The notes below the pieces were generated by a model. That model had not been told where the DNA came from. It saw only the letters and a list, made by a program, of their open reading frames with translations, and ran no database searches. Shown in pieces: positions 1-10,583 of a DNA stretch of 64,000 nt. How positions within the stretch are numbered: the stretch's first letter is position 1; each line of letters begins with the position of its first letter. Origin of the DNA: Spirochaetia bacterium (GTDB taxonomy: Bacteria; Spirochaetota; Spirochaetia; CAKZLE01); assembly GCA_963677595.1 (NCBI GenBank), contig OY782041.1, positions 3,872,001 through 3,936,000 of the forward strand, written 5' to 3'. A program made the position numbers and the translations under genes.

Positions 1-104
1 AACATCTCATAGAAGTCTCCCAGGCGAAAGAAGAGGATCGCATCCTGCTGCTCCTGCTTGATCGCCCGGTACTGCTTCATCATCGGCGTCTCGTTACTAC
101 CCAA
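1..104 (-). CDS. mutS: DNA mismatch repair protein MutS, N-terminal fragment (continues off window)
   Basis: Manual translation from TTG at 104: [34 protein letters not shown], the MutS domain I motif TPMM.QY...[10 protein letters not shown]; AAGGAG RBS at 115-120. Confidence 0.95.
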   Translation of the reverse strand, partial: MGSNETPMMKQYRAIKQEQQDAILFFRLGDFYEM

Positions 105-124
105 TGGACTGCAGCTCCTTATGA

Positions 125-2665
125 TCAGTAGAGGCTGTAGGTGATAGCCAGGACGAGGTTCAATCCGGAATCGGGGTTAGCCGCATTCGCGAAGATCTCA
201 CCGGGCTGCCACTCGATCGAGTTGTCATCGGCGACGGAGAACACCTTGGAGAGGTAGATCCCCAGGGGGAAGCCTGGGATATCGAGCTTCACCCCGCCGC
301 CCATGCTGAAGTAGAAGTCCTGGATCGATAGGCTCGTCCAGTCCTCGATCTGGCTCTTGAACCCGGTCCCACTCGCATAGATCTCGCCAGAGAGCACATT
401 GGGGACGATGGGGACCGTGATGTAGGCAGAGGTGTCCCACATGAACTCGAGGTTGTAGACGGGGTTATCGATCCCCCTGACGATGTTCATCCCGTCGATG
501 TAAAGCTTCTCGGACTGGGTCGCATAGGGCTGGTCCTGCCAGCCGAAGCCGTCGGTCCAGTCGAAGAACTGCGGGAAGATGTGTGAGATGTTCGAACGGG
601 CGGAGAGCACGATGTTCCTCGGGTTCAGCTCATCTTCGTTGAGCCTGAACAGCGTCTGGTAGGCCGAGAGGCCGAAGGTGTTCCTGATGTAGTTCGATGC
701 ACCGCCAAGCAGCCCGCCGGCATAGATGAGATTGTCGCTGATGAGGAAGCCCCTCGTCGTGTTCTCGACGAGGTCACGTCCGTCCCAGTTCGCGTTGAGA
801 CTGATCTTGTTGGAGAACTGCCAGGTATCCAGGTTGTCCCGGATGATGGGGTTGTACGGCCTGAAGAGCGCATCGTCATACTGTACATAGGTCAGCCCGA
901 TATCGAGGCCGGTACCCAGCCCGATCCTGCCGACATCGGTATGGAAGGTGTATCCGGTATCGAGGCCGAGGGATATCTTGTACTGCTCATAGTTCATCAG
1001 GTACTCATCGGCGATCACATCCCCGTTCTCGAGCGCTGCCTGGTACTCGGCATAGCTGTTGTAGGGGTCAGGCGCCGCTGTCCCGTTATAATAGTCGTCA
1101 CTGGAGAAGGTCACACCCGAGGCATCCTGGAGGATGGAGTCGTAGGAGTTGTGGCTCATGCTGAATGAGACCCCGCCGTTCCAACGTTTCCCGGCCAGCC
1201 AGTCCTCCGTGAAGGAGAAGTCGAGCGACTGCGAGGAGGATGCGATATTGGTCGCGATCGAGAAATCCTGTCCATAGCCCATGAAGTTCTTGTCCGTCCA
1301 GGAGAAGAAACCCGTCACCGGGAAACTGTCATTGCCGCCGAAGGTGGCACCGAACTGAAGCTCTACCTTCTTTGCCTCCTCGACGATGAACTCGAGGACG
1401 ATGTAACCGTCCTCGGTACCGAAGAGGACATTGTAGTCGACATTGCTGATGATGCCGGTATTATAGAGGTTCTGGACGCTCTCTATGAACTTCTCCTTGC
1501 TGAACACATCACCGACGTTGATCGCGAGTTCCCTCGAGAGCACATGATCCTTGGTCTTCTCATTACCCTTGATGATGATGTCCTCGACATAGGCCTGCTG
1601 CTTCTCGGTGATCGTGAGCGTGTAGCTGATCGTACGGTCACGCTCGTTCTTCGTCTCCTGCGGGACGATCTCGTTGTAGATATACCCCTCGTTCCAGTAG
1701 AGGTCAGCGATCGAAGAGATGTTCTTCTGGAGTGTGACGATATCGATCGGCTCACCGACATCGAGCGTGATCCTGCGCTCGATCTCCTCATTGGAGAAGA
1801 TCTCGTTCCCGGTCACCTCGAGCCCGCCGAAGAACCACTGGTCACCCTCATCGATGACGAACGTGAGGGTTATGAGGTCCTTGGTCGCGTCCGAGGTATC
1901 GGTCTCGATCCTCGTGTCCGTGACGGCAGCTTCGACATAGCCCCGTTCCCGGTAGTACTGGATGATGGCATTCTTATCTTGCTGGACCGTAGTCTCCGAG
2001 TAGTTGCCCTTATTGAAGAGCGACTGCTCCTTTGAGGTGATGATGCGCTTGAGCGAGTTCGAGGAGAATATCTCATTCCCCTCGAAGGCGATGACGTCTA
2101 TCTTGGACTGTCTCCCTTCATTGATAGTCACGGTGATGACCACGGTATTGGTCTCCTCATCCTTTACCGCATCCTGCTCCACTGCCGCACTGACGTATCC
2201 CTTGTCACGATACTCCGTGATAAGCGAGTTTATATCGGCGGTGAGGGCAGCATTGCTGTAGAAGGAGGCCTCCTTGGTCTTGAAGAGGTCTATGATGTCC
2301 TCGTCGGTGAAGAAGTCATTGCCTTCGAACACGATCTGCTCGATATAGGGGAGTTCGGTGACCTGGAAGCGTATCCTGATCCGGTTGGGGTTGTCCTGCA
2401 CCTGGTCCGCATAGGCGGTGAAGTATGAGAAATACTGCAGGGAATAGAGCTCGGACTGCAGCTCGTTGAACAGCTGCTCCGAGAAGGTCTTGTCGACATA
2501 TTTCTTCGTGATCTGGTCAAGGGCAGACTGCTCGATATTCACGAGGCCCTCGAAGACGACAGCGTCGATCCTCTTGCCGGCCACTGTCTGCTGGCCGGTC
2601 TCCTGCGCAGGGAGTAGTTGCATAGTCATAAAAAGAATCAGAATCAACCATAAAGCCCGTCTCAT
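125..2665 (-). CDS. bamA: Outer membrane protein assembly factor BamA
   Basis: Signal peptide from ATG 2665 ([16 protein letters not shown]), repeated POTRA motifs ([17 protein letters not shown]), DKNFMGYGQ barrel start and IVRG loop. The ORF track start at 2791 is probably too long. Confidence 0.93.
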   Translation of the reverse strand: MRRALWLILILFMTMQLLPAQETGQQTVAGKRIDAVVFEGLVNIEQSALDQITKKYVDKTFSEQLFNELQSELYSLQYFSYFTAYADQVQDNPNRIRIRFQVTELPYIEQIVFEGNDFFTDEDIIDLFKTKEASFYSNAALTADINSLITEYRDKGYVSAAVEQDAVKDEETNTVVITVTINEGRQSKIDVIAFEGNEIFSSNSLKRIITSKEQSLFNKGNYSETTVQQDKNAIIQYYRERGYVEAAVTDTRIETDTSDATKDLITLTFVIDEGDQWFFGGLEVTGNEIFSNEEIERRITLDVGEPIDIVTLQKNISSIADLYWNEGYIYNEIVPQETKNERDRTISYTLTITEKQQAYVEDIIIKGNEKTKDHVLSRELAINVGDVFSKEKFIESVQNLYNTGIISNVDYNVLFGTEDGYIVLEFIVEEAKKVELQFGATFGGNDSFPVTGFFSWTDKNFMGYGQDFSIATNIASSSQSLDFSFTEDWLAGKRWNGGVSFSMSHNSYDSILQDASGVTFSSDDYYNGTAAPDPYNSYAEYQAALENGDVIADEYLMNYEQYKISLGLDTGYTFHTDVGRIGLGTGLDIGLTYVQYDDALFRPYNPIIRDNLDTWQFSNKISLNANWDGRDLVENTTRGFLISDNLIYAGGLLGGASNYIRNTFGLSAYQTLFRLNEDELNPRNIVLSARSNISHIFPQFFDWTDGFGWQDQPYATQSEKLYIDGMNIVRGIDNPVYNLEFMWDTSAYITVPIVPNVLSGEIYASGTGFKSQIEDWTSLSIQDFYFSMGGGVKLDIPGFPLGIYLSKVFSVADDNSIEWQPGEIFANAANPDSGLNLVLAITYSLY

Positions 2666-2679
2666 AACATAAACTCCAT

Positions 2680-5600
2680 TTAAAAAGCTAGACTCCAAGA
2701 CATACCGATGCTCAGGCTGTCCAGGATGTCTTTTGTGGTGAATGACGCAGGTGCCATGGATATAGTGAGCGTGTTCAACGGATTGGTCCATTCATAACTC
2801 ACTTCTATATCCAATCCAATATCATCGGTGATGAACAGACCGGAATTGGTATCCTCGTCTATCGTGAACTGCATGATAGCCTGCAGGAACATATCTTCAG
2901 TGATATACTTTCCCAAGAAAATGGTGGTATTGTCAAGGTATCTGGCAATCGGATTTCTTGTGATCGTACTGTTGAAGTCTCCCGGTATGGTATCAAGCAC
3001 TATATTCTGCAGAACCTGCGAACGTATGGAAAACAAGTCAAGGTTCAAAGCGTTACGTATCGAAAGCTCAAGATCCTCGATCGGGTTGATATCGATGATC
3101 CCGACCTGCTGGATCACGTCGGTCGCGAGCGTCGCGACCGCCAAGGCTGTCGTGATATCGTTCGACCAGGTGAAGTCCTCGGGTATGATGTTGTTCCCGA
3201 GGATGCGGGAGATCTCCTCGATGCTCAGAGCCGGGGAGGATGAGAAGGTCGGGGAGAGTTCATAGACTGAATCATTGTCGACGGTGAGGTAGATATCGAC
3301 CTTATCCCCGGCACTGGTGAAATCCTTGAGCCGTGCGATGGCGGAGACCCTCGGGTCCATGGTATCCTGGGTGAGGTTGAGGTCGATGGTCCCCTCGGTG
3401 ATGTAGAAGTTCCTCTGGAAATAGACGATCTCCCCGCCGCGGATCCCGACCTTTCCGACAGCAGAGAACTGGTTCTGCCCGATATCGGCCTTCACCCGGA
3501 GCGTGTTCCCCTCAGAGGCTGTTGCCTTGAGGATCGGCAGGTCGAGACTCGGGAAGACAGCCGTCAGGTTCTTGCCGGTACGTACGGAGAGGTCGATGTT
3601 GCCGAGACTCGATGAGGAATCATTGACCTTCTTCGGCAGCATCGATACGACCCCGTTGCTCAGTACGGCAGTACCCGTCAGGTTGAGTTCCTTGAAATCC
3701 CCTGCCATCAGAATCTTCCCTGAGACATCCCCCTGGTATTTCATCCGGAACTGCCCGAACTCATGGTCGAAGGGGAATCCCCTGCTCTCATCGATGTTCA
3801 GCGACATGCTCATGCTCGTCGGGATCATCTCCTCTATATAGACTTCCAATGCAGCCTGCCCCCGTGAGTTCCCGCTCCGCAGGTAGAAGGGGGCGAAGAT
3901 GATCTCCTTCCCGATCATGGAGATATAGACGTCATCGATGATGATCTCCTCCGGGATCATGGGGATCGAGCCCACTACCGAGTCGCCGAAGAACTCCCCG
4001 TAGTACTCGAGGTCCCCGAAGGCACCGGTGATGTTCAACCTCCCGGCTGCCACACCCTCCGAGAAGGTGAGTAGGGGCAGCCCGAGCTTCTGGTAGAGGG
4101 AGAACTCCACCTGCAGGTCCTCGCTCACCGCGTCGATCGTGCCGTTCTCGATCACGCCGTTCATGGTGAAGGAGATCGGGTACTCATCAGTCATGCGGGC
4201 AGTGAAGCTGCCCGAAGAGGTATTATATTCGAGCCTGAACCCGTCCTCCTCGATATCCCCGAGGTCGAGCACCCTGCTCTGGTAGGTCATCCCGGTCTCC
4301 AGGTCAGCAAGCGGCTCATTGTCGAAGACGATATCGGTGAAGGCAAGGTCGAATTCGAGACGTTCCTCCCCCAGCACCTGCCTGACGGTGTTCAGGTTAA
4401 TGGTATAGGCAGAGAGGTCCGCACTGATCGATGCACGTGCCGAGAGGGAGGTCCGGTCCATCTCCATGGCGACCGAAGCCTCGGAGGCGAGGGTCTGGTC
4501 GGAGAAGACATAGGTCAGGTCGGCATCGGTGATGCTCACATCCCCGACCTCCCCCGTGAACGAGCTGAGGTGGAAGCGTTCAGGGGTGATATCGAACTGC
4601 AGGTCGCCGGAGTAGTTCGCCCGTCGCTTCCTGCCGTTCTCGAGCGACATGGTGGCATTGACGAGGAAATCATCGAGGTTCCCGTTGATCGATACATAGC
4701 CTGATGCATAACCGTCACCCAGCAGTATCGGGAGCCGGGAGATCCTGCTGTCCGTGATGTCGACCGATGCTGAGAGCCACTGATCCTCATAGCGTGCCTC
4801 GAGGAGGTAGCGTTCAACCTCATTGCTCAGTTCGATACTGAAGATCATGGGGTTGGAGAAGATGTCATGGGTGGAATAGGTCACCGACCCGTCACCGGAG
4901 AGCGGGATCCCGCCCTCGTTGAGGACCATGTCCTTCAGGACCACCGAGTCAGGGTTCATGTCAGCATCGAAGGCCAGGGTCATCTCCCGGTCCTTATAGC
5001 GGACTCCTCCCAGGAGTGCATCGGTGATAGTCAGGTCCCACTGTCGAAGATCAGTGAAACTGCCTGAGAAGCCGGCTTCCCTGATGACAGCAGGCCCGAT
5101 CTCATACCCCTGGAGTGAACCAGCGAGCATGACTGCCCCGCCCTCAAGCTGGGCTGTGACCAGGGCTGTCCCCTCCCTTATATCTGCAGAGACCTTCTGC
5201 TGAGCTATGTCGATCTCGGCTGCGAAGGGGAAGACCTGCTCACTGAGCATGAAGTCACCGGAGAGAGAGACCTGTTCAGCAGAGATCTCTGCAGCCGTGG
5301 AGATCGCAGCCTGAGGCAGCAGGTCTGACCGTATCTCAAGGTTCAGGCCGTCATCTCCCGAGGCCATGTCGATCCCTGCGAGCAGGCTGCCGTCACTGAG
5401 GTCGGTGAGGCTGAGCGTGCCGGTCGGGGTCAAGATCTGGTACTCCTCTAACCTTCCTGAGAAGTCAAGCTGGTAGGTCTCGTACTGCGTCAGCAGCCTG
5501 TCGACCTGCAGGAAAGAGGTATCCCCTTCTGCCTCCACGGTCGTATGTCCGAGCTGGATGTCATCAGTGACGTTGATACCATCCGTCCCGACCGATACAC

Positions 5601-6585
5601 GATAGGTGAACTTGCCGTCTTCCAACCCGTAGTCAGCTGCTATGTCGCCGGAGATGACGGGAATCTGCTCAGTAGAGAATCCGTCAGGCAGGGAGAAGAA
5701 CTCCTCAATAGGATACTGCTTGAGGTCGAGCAGGTCCGCTGCAGCCTCAACGCTCACCATCCGGCTCTCCGGATCGAACACCACGTGTGAAGCGAGGGTG
5801 TCCAAGAGGATGTCAGCGCTGAACAGCGATTCTCCCATGCGTGCGGCGATCTCCAGGCCATCGAGCTCCAGGCTGCCGTAGGTGATCGTGCTCCCATGCA
5901 GGTCAACAGAGCCGACCTGACTACCGAATGCCAGGCTGCCGTCCACCGCTGAGGAGAGAGCGACCGGCTCCCCTAGACCAGGGATGTCGGCGGTGATCGA
6001 GGCGCTGCCTGCGGTGAAGGTCAGTGCCCGGTTCGCCATGACGGCTGCGAGAGAAGAGAAGGTACCGGCGATACGGTTGTCTTCGGATATGTCCACCTCG
6101 ACTGATGCGTCATCGGAGGCAAGATGGAGGTAGAACTGCTCGTTCACCTTGAACATGGAGAAGAGTTCGGAGAAGAACTCTGCGATATTCCTGATCTCGT
6201 CCCCGTCGAGCCGCAGGTCAAGGCCGTCGAAGTCGACATAGACGTCGACCCGCCTCTTACCGCCTGCGGTGAGGAGGTCGTAGAGGCGATAGCTCACGGT
6301 GAGGGTGTCGGTAGATAGGAGCGGTTGGTCCGCAGTCTCAGAGGTCACGGAGAGGTCGTTGAAGGTCACGGAACTCATGGTGCGTAATTTCACCGTACGG
6401 TAGTCGATGCCGATACCGTAGCTCGTGAAGATCTCCTCATAGGTCCCGATGAGTTTGTCACGGATGATGGAATCCAGGTGGTTCATGGCTGTGAGAGCGA
6501 CCATGACAGTAAGGACCATGATGATCACCATAATGGCCGCGAACCGCAAGATCCTCTGTCTGTCCCAAAAACTCAACTTATCCAT
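2680..6585 (-). CDS. tamB: Translocation and assembly module TamB (DUF490) protein
   Basis: 1301 aa with N-terminal TM anchor, beta-rich body, C-terminal 'SSSPALS..EI..ILG' and 'FLGKYITEDMF' motifs; directly upstream of bamA as in other spirochetes. Confidence 0.85.
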   Translation of the reverse strand: MDKLSFWDRQRILRFAAIMVIIMVLTVMVALTAMNHLDSIIRDKLIGTYEEIFTSYGIGIDYRTVKLRTMSSVTFNDLSVTSETADQPLLSTDTLTVSYRLYDLLTAGGKRRVDVYVDFDGLDLRLDGDEIRNIAEFFSELFSMFKVNEQFYLHLASDDASVEVDISEDNRIAGTFSSLAAVMANRALTFTAGSASITADIPGLGEPVALSSAVDGSLAFGSQVGSVDLHGSTITYGSLELDGLEIAARMGESLFSADILLDTLASHVVFDPESRMVSVEAAADLLDLKQYPIEEFFSLPDGFSTEQIPVISGDIAADYGLEDGKFTYRVSVGTDGINVTDDIQLGHTTVEAEGDTSFLQVDRLLTQYETYQLDFSGRLEEYQILTPTGTLSLTDLSDGSLLAGIDMASGDDGLNLEIRSDLLPQAAISTAAEISAEQVSLSGDFMLSEQVFPFAAEIDIAQQKVSADIREGTALVTAQLEGGAVMLAGSLQGYEIGPAVIREAGFSGSFTDLRQWDLTITDALLGGVRYKDREMTLAFDADMNPDSVVLKDMVLNEGGIPLSGDGSVTYSTHDIFSNPMIFSIELSNEVERYLLEARYEDQWLSASVDITDSRISRLPILLGDGYASGYVSINGNLDDFLVNATMSLENGRKRRANYSGDLQFDITPERFHLSSFTGEVGDVSITDADLTYVFSDQTLASEASVAMEMDRTSLSARASISADLSAYTINLNTVRQVLGEERLEFDLAFTDIVFDNEPLADLETGMTYQSRVLDLGDIEEDGFRLEYNTSSGSFTARMTDEYPISFTMNGVIENGTIDAVSEDLQVEFSLYQKLGLPLLTFSEGVAAGRLNITGAFGDLEYYGEFFGDSVVGSIPMIPEEIIIDDVYISMIGKEIIFAPFYLRSGNSRGQAALEVYIEEMIPTSMSMSLNIDESRGFPFDHEFGQFRMKYQGDVSGKILMAGDFKELNLTGTAVLSNGVVSMLPKKVNDSSSSLGNIDLSVRTGKNLTAVFPSLDLPILKATASEGNTLRVKADIGQNQFSAVGKVGIRGGEIVYFQRNFYITEGTIDLNLTQDTMDPRVSAIARLKDFTSAGDKVDIYLTVDNDSVYELSPTFSSSPALSIEEISRILGNNIIPEDFTWSNDITTALAVATLATDVIQQVGIIDINPIEDLELSIRNALNLDLFSIRSQVLQNIVLDTIPGDFNSTITRNPIARYLDNTTIFLGKYITEDMFLQAIMQFTIDEDTNSGLFITDDIGLDIEVSYEWTNPLNTLTISMAPASFTTKDILDSLSIGMSWSLAF

Positions 6586-6625
6586 AACGTTATGTATAAC
6601 AACTAAAGGGCGAACCCATTACAAC

Positions 6626-8998
6626 TTAGAGCAGGATGACATACGTCTTCCCGTATCCGCCGTCCTCAGGAAGGGCAAAATGGAACTCCTTGACGTTGGA
6701 CATCCGTGAGAGGGCATCGTGTATTCCCCGCTGGAGTATCCCCTCACCCTTTCCGTGCACGATCGAGAGTTCACGCAGGTCATGGATGATCGCCGCATCG
6801 ATCATGCGCATGATCTCATCAACTGCTTCGGCGAGCGTCATGCCGCGGACATCAATCGAGGAGGAAGAGGAGCCGCTTTTATCGAGCGAGTAGCTGACCT
6901 TCGTATGCCAGGAGACCTGAGCTGCAGGTGTCTCCTTCTTCACCTCTCTCTTCATCGCCTTCTCCGCTAATGTCAGGCGCATCCCGTTATCGAGTTCAAC
7001 CTGCCATTCACGCTTCCTGCCTGCACGAAGGATCTTCCCGCTGATACCGGAGGAACGTACCGTGATCCTCTCGCCGGGACCAAACCCCTTCGGGCCCTCC
7101 TCTTCTTTCGGAGAAGCACCCTCCTCCCTGCGTATGGTATCGTTGACGCGGTCCGAGGTCTGCTCGAGCTCACGAATGTGCTCCCTCGCCCGTTCGACGC
7201 GTTCCTTGGTAAGCTCCTCTTCCCGCAGTTCCCGTATCGTCGTCTCAAGGAGGCTCCGGCTCTCCTTGATGTACTTCTGCAGGGATGTCGCATCAGACCG
7301 TTTCTGTATCATCTCATCCTGCCTGAGCTTCAGCCGGTAGAGGTCCGAATCGCGGATCTCGCCCTTCAGGCGCTGCTCACGCTCGTTCATCTGCTTCTCT
7401 CGCTGTCTCAACTGCTCATCACGTTCCTTCAGGGAGCGCATCATCGCCGAGATCTCGATGACCTCCTTGCCGACGATCTCCCTCGCACGCTCGATGATCG
7501 CCGGGGGGAAGTCCATCCTCACGGCAGTCTCGATGGCATGGCTGTCCCCGGGTTCCCCGAGGATGACCCGGTAGGTCGGGCTCTTCTCCGATTCGCTGAA
7601 CTCCATCGAGGCGTTCATGACACCGGGCTGGGCATAGGCGAACTGCTTCAGGGACGCATGGTGGCTCGTGATGAGCGTCAGTCCCGAGCGCTGGTGGCTG
7701 TACTCGATGACCGCCTGTGCCAGGGCAGCTCCCTCTACGGGGTCAGTCCCCGAACCGAGCTCGTCGAAGATGACCAGCGATCGTTCGTCAACCCGCTGGA
7801 GGATCGATCCTATGCGCTTGAGGTGGCCTGAGAAGGTCGAGAGATCGAGCTCTATCGACTGCTCATCCCCGATGTCGGTATGGATCGAGGAGAAGACCGG
7901 CAGTTCGCTGCCCTCCTCGGAAGGGATGAACATCCCCATCTGGTTCATGAGTGCGATGAACCCGACGGTCTTCAGGGTGACGGTCTTCCCCCCCGCATTA
8001 GGGCCGGACATGACGATCGACCGGGTTCCAGCATCGATCGTCAGGGTGATGGGAATCGCCTTCTCCTGGAGGATCGGGTGTCTTACCCCCGGCAGCACGA
8101 CCTTTCTCTCACTGGTCGCAGGGCGTGTGTAGCGGTGTTCCAGGGAGAACCTGGCCTTCGCATAGTGGTAGTCGAACTCACCGACTGCCTCCTGCAGCAG
8201 CCCGATCCCCTCATGGTGCTCACGGATCAGGTCACTAAGCTCCCGGAAGATCTTCTCGATCTCGATGAGCAGTTCCTGCTCGGCTAGGGAGACCTCGTTA
8301 TTACGTTCTATGAGGTCATAGGGCTCCACGAAGAGGGTGCTCCCGGTCTGTGAGGCCGAATGGACGAACCCGGGATACCGCTGCTTGTCTTTGGACTTTA
8401 TCGGGAGCACGATGCGGTTCTCCCTGATGGTGGCCTGGTCGGATTGCATAGAGTCAGAACCAGCACTCAGGTACTGCTGGACCAGGGAGGACCTGCTGCC
8501 CCGTGCCCGTTTCACCTGCTGCATCTTCTTCTGGATCCGGGGATGCTCCTCCCTGATGATCCCGGGGGTGATGAGGTACTCACCGATCCGTTCAGTCACC
8601 TCATCCAGGTCGGGGAAGCCTGAAAGCAGCTCCCTGATCCGGGGTATATCGATCTCCTCGTCGGAGAAATGGTCCTTCACCCGCTGGGAATTGCTGATGT
8701 AATCGTAGAAGAGCCAGACCTCCTCCCCCTCGAGGGAGATGCCGTCCCGTATGAGGCGTGCGAGCACCGTCGAGATATTCGGGAAGCGGGAGACCCTCCG
8801 GTCGTCCGCACTGAAAGACACCAGCAGTTCGCTGATCATCTCACGCTGGTACTCGATCTCCCCGGGGTCTGTGAGAAACCGAGCTCCCTCGAGTCTCCTG
8901 CAGCCTTCTGATGAGACAGCGCAGCGCTTGAGTCCCGTGATGAGGTAATCGAACTGCAGTTCGGATAGGGTCATGTCATCTATCATCATATCGTTCAT
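6626..8998 (-). CDS. mutS2: Endonuclease MutS2
   Basis: Walker A GPNAGGKT, DIGDEQSI, STFSGH, DELGSGTDP, coiled coil, C-terminal Smr domain (IDVRG...IVHGKGEGIL...GGYGKT). Confidence 0.95.
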   Translation of the reverse strand: MNDMMIDDMTLSELQFDYLITGLKRCAVSSEGCRRLEGARFLTDPGEIEYQREMISELLVSFSADDRRVSRFPNISTVLARLIRDGISLEGEEVWLFYDYISNSQRVKDHFSDEEIDIPRIRELLSGFPDLDEVTERIGEYLITPGIIREEHPRIQKKMQQVKRARGSRSSLVQQYLSAGSDSMQSDQATIRENRIVLPIKSKDKQRYPGFVHSASQTGSTLFVEPYDLIERNNEVSLAEQELLIEIEKIFRELSDLIREHHEGIGLLQEAVGEFDYHYAKARFSLEHRYTRPATSERKVVLPGVRHPILQEKAIPITLTIDAGTRSIVMSGPNAGGKTVTLKTVGFIALMNQMGMFIPSEEGSELPVFSSIHTDIGDEQSIELDLSTFSGHLKRIGSILQRVDERSLVIFDELGSGTDPVEGAALAQAVIEYSHQRSGLTLITSHHASLKQFAYAQPGVMNASMEFSESEKSPTYRVILGEPGDSHAIETAVRMDFPPAIIERAREIVGKEVIEISAMMRSLKERDEQLRQREKQMNEREQRLKGEIRDSDLYRLKLRQDEMIQKRSDATSLQKYIKESRSLLETTIRELREEELTKERVERAREHIRELEQTSDRVNDTIRREEGASPKEEEGPKGFGPGERITVRSSGISGKILRAGRKREWQVELDNGMRLTLAEKAMKREVKKETPAAQVSWHTKVSYSLDKSGSSSSSIDVRGMTLAEAVDEIMRMIDAAIIHDLRELSIVHGKGEGILQRGIHDALSRMSNVKEFHFALPEDGGYGKTYVILL

Positions 8999-9924
8999 TC
9001 GCCGAATTCCTGGTAACGTCGTTTCTTTCGTTCGATCATGGTATAGAGGATCTTCAGGTAGCTCTCATACCGCTCTGGGCTGATAATCCCCTCCTCGACT
9101 GCATCCCTGACGGCACAGCCCGGCTCCTCGTCATGGAGGCAGGGTGAGAACCTGCAGCCTCCTTCGAGCCTGGCGAACTCCGGGAACGATCCGCCGATCT
9201 CTGCCGGGTCCATCAGCGGGATCTCGATCTCACGCACACCGGGGGTGTCTATGATCGAGAAGTCACCGTGATCGATCCACCGGGCATAGTTGGTCGTATG
9301 CCGGCCCCGGTTGTATTTCGTCGAGACCGCACCGACGTTCTGGTCCGCATGGGGTATCAGGCGGTTGATCAGCGTCGACTTCCCGACACCGGACTGCCCG
9401 AAGAAGGCAGAGACCCTGCCGGCTACGGCAGCATGCAGCTCATCAAGCTCATCGTCCCTGGCTGAGACCTCCAGCACCTCGAACCCGATGTCACGGTAGA
9501 CATCAAGCTGCTGCTGCAGCTCCTCGGGGATGCCGAGGTCCGTCTTGTTGAGGACGATCGTCACCGGTATGGCATCAGCGCATACGGCGACCCGGTCGAT
9601 GAACCTCGGCCTGAACTCGGGGTAGGCAGTCGAGGTGATGCAGAAGAGCCTGTCTATATTGGCGGCGATGGTCTGGACGCTCTCACGCTTGAGGTTCCAT
9701 CTCCTGAAGCTGTTCCTCCGCTCGAGCCTCCCGGTCACCATGCCTTCTTGTTCATGGTGGACCTGGATCACCACCGAATCACCGGGGGCGAGCGGGTTGT
9801 ATTCGTTCTCCGCCCCGGTGAGCACCTTTCCTTTTATCCTGCACTGGAAGACCCGCTGGTCATCGCATTTTATCCTGTATATGTTGTTGATACCCTGCAG
9901 TACGATACCATGTCTTTCATCCAT
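8995..9924 (-). CDS. rsgA: Ribosome small subunit-dependent GTPase A
   Basis: OB fold, circularly permuted GTPase NKTD/GQSGVGKS/GRHTT/DTPG, Zn finger CRFSPCLHDEEPGC; likely start ATG 9924. Confidence 0.95.
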   Translation of the reverse strand: MDERHGIVLQGINNIYRIKCDDQRVFQCRIKGKVLTGAENEYNPLAPGDSVVIQVHHEQEGMVTGRLERRNSFRRWNLKRESVQTIAANIDRLFCITSTAYPEFRPRFIDRVAVCADAIPVTIVLNKTDLGIPEELQQQLDVYRDIGFEVLEVSARDDELDELHAAVAGRVSAFFGQSGVGKSTLINRLIPHADQNVGAVSTKYNRGRHTTNYARWIDHGDFSIIDTPGVREIEIPLMDPAEIGGSFPEFARLEGGCRFSPCLHDEEPGCAVRDAVEEGIISPERYESYLKILYTMIERKKRRYQEFGE

Positions 9925-9930
9925 ATCTGT

Positions 9931-9980
9931 ACTGTAAACTGTTTGAAAGGTATTGACAACTATAACCATTCTGATACTCT
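9931..9980. promoter_or_regulatory. Back-to-back sigma70 promoters sharing one -35 region
   Basis: Plus: TTGACA(9953-58)-16-TACTCT(9975-80, TGn extended), 6 nt before ATG 9987. Minus: TTGTCA-17-TACAGT, 6 nt before ATG 9924. Confidence 0.6.
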
Positions 9981-9986
9981 CTAAAC

Positions 9987-10583
9987 ATGTTTGATTTTAC
10001 CTACTGTAAAGAACCCTCATGCCACGAGTACGTGACGACCGGCAGTGACACCTGCCTCTTCCATGCAGGTGACCGCAAAGCCATCTCCGGAGCCTTCCTC
10101 TCCCGGATCGCGACGGGTGAACCGGTCTACTCCCTCTCGATCAGCGGTCTCGAGGTCAGGCAGCGAAAACTCCCCGGCCTGCGGCTCTATGCCTGCAACC
10201 TGGCCCACGGGCAGTTCATCGACGTGGATTTCTCGGACTCCTACTTCCAGCTCTGCTTCTTCGACTTCTCCACCTTCGTGCGCTGCAGGTTTAACAGTAT
10301 CGTCAGCAAGTATTCGGTCTTCTCGGGATCCACCTTCATCGACTGCGATTTCTCGGAGTCGGACATCCTCCACTCGAACTTCGTCGGCATCGATGCGCAG
10401 AACACGAAGTTCGATGACTCGGACCTCTACTATACCGATTTCGTGAATGCGGTCCTCGAGGATGTCTCATTCATGGACTGCAACCTCAAGAAGACCGACT
10501 TCGTCGCGAGCAAGCGGGAGAATGTCGTCTTCAAGTACTCGAACTTCGAGGAGGCGACGTTCACGAGGGAGTCCATGATATGA
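9987..10583 (+). CDS. Pentapeptide repeat protein with N-terminal Cys/His cluster
   Basis: Repeats such as STFIDCDFSESDILHSNF; N-terminal C-x4-C-x10-C-x2-H. Confidence 0.85.
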   Translation: MFDFTYCKEPSCHEYVTTGSDTCLFHAGDRKAISGAFLSRIATGEPVYSLSISGLEVRQRKLPGLRLYACNLAHGQFIDVDFSDSYFQLCFFDFSTFVRCRFNSIVSKYSVFSGSTFIDCDFSESDILHSNFVGIDAQNTKFDDSDLYYTDFVNAVLEDVSFMDCNLKKTDFVASKRENVVFKYSNFEEATFTRESMI

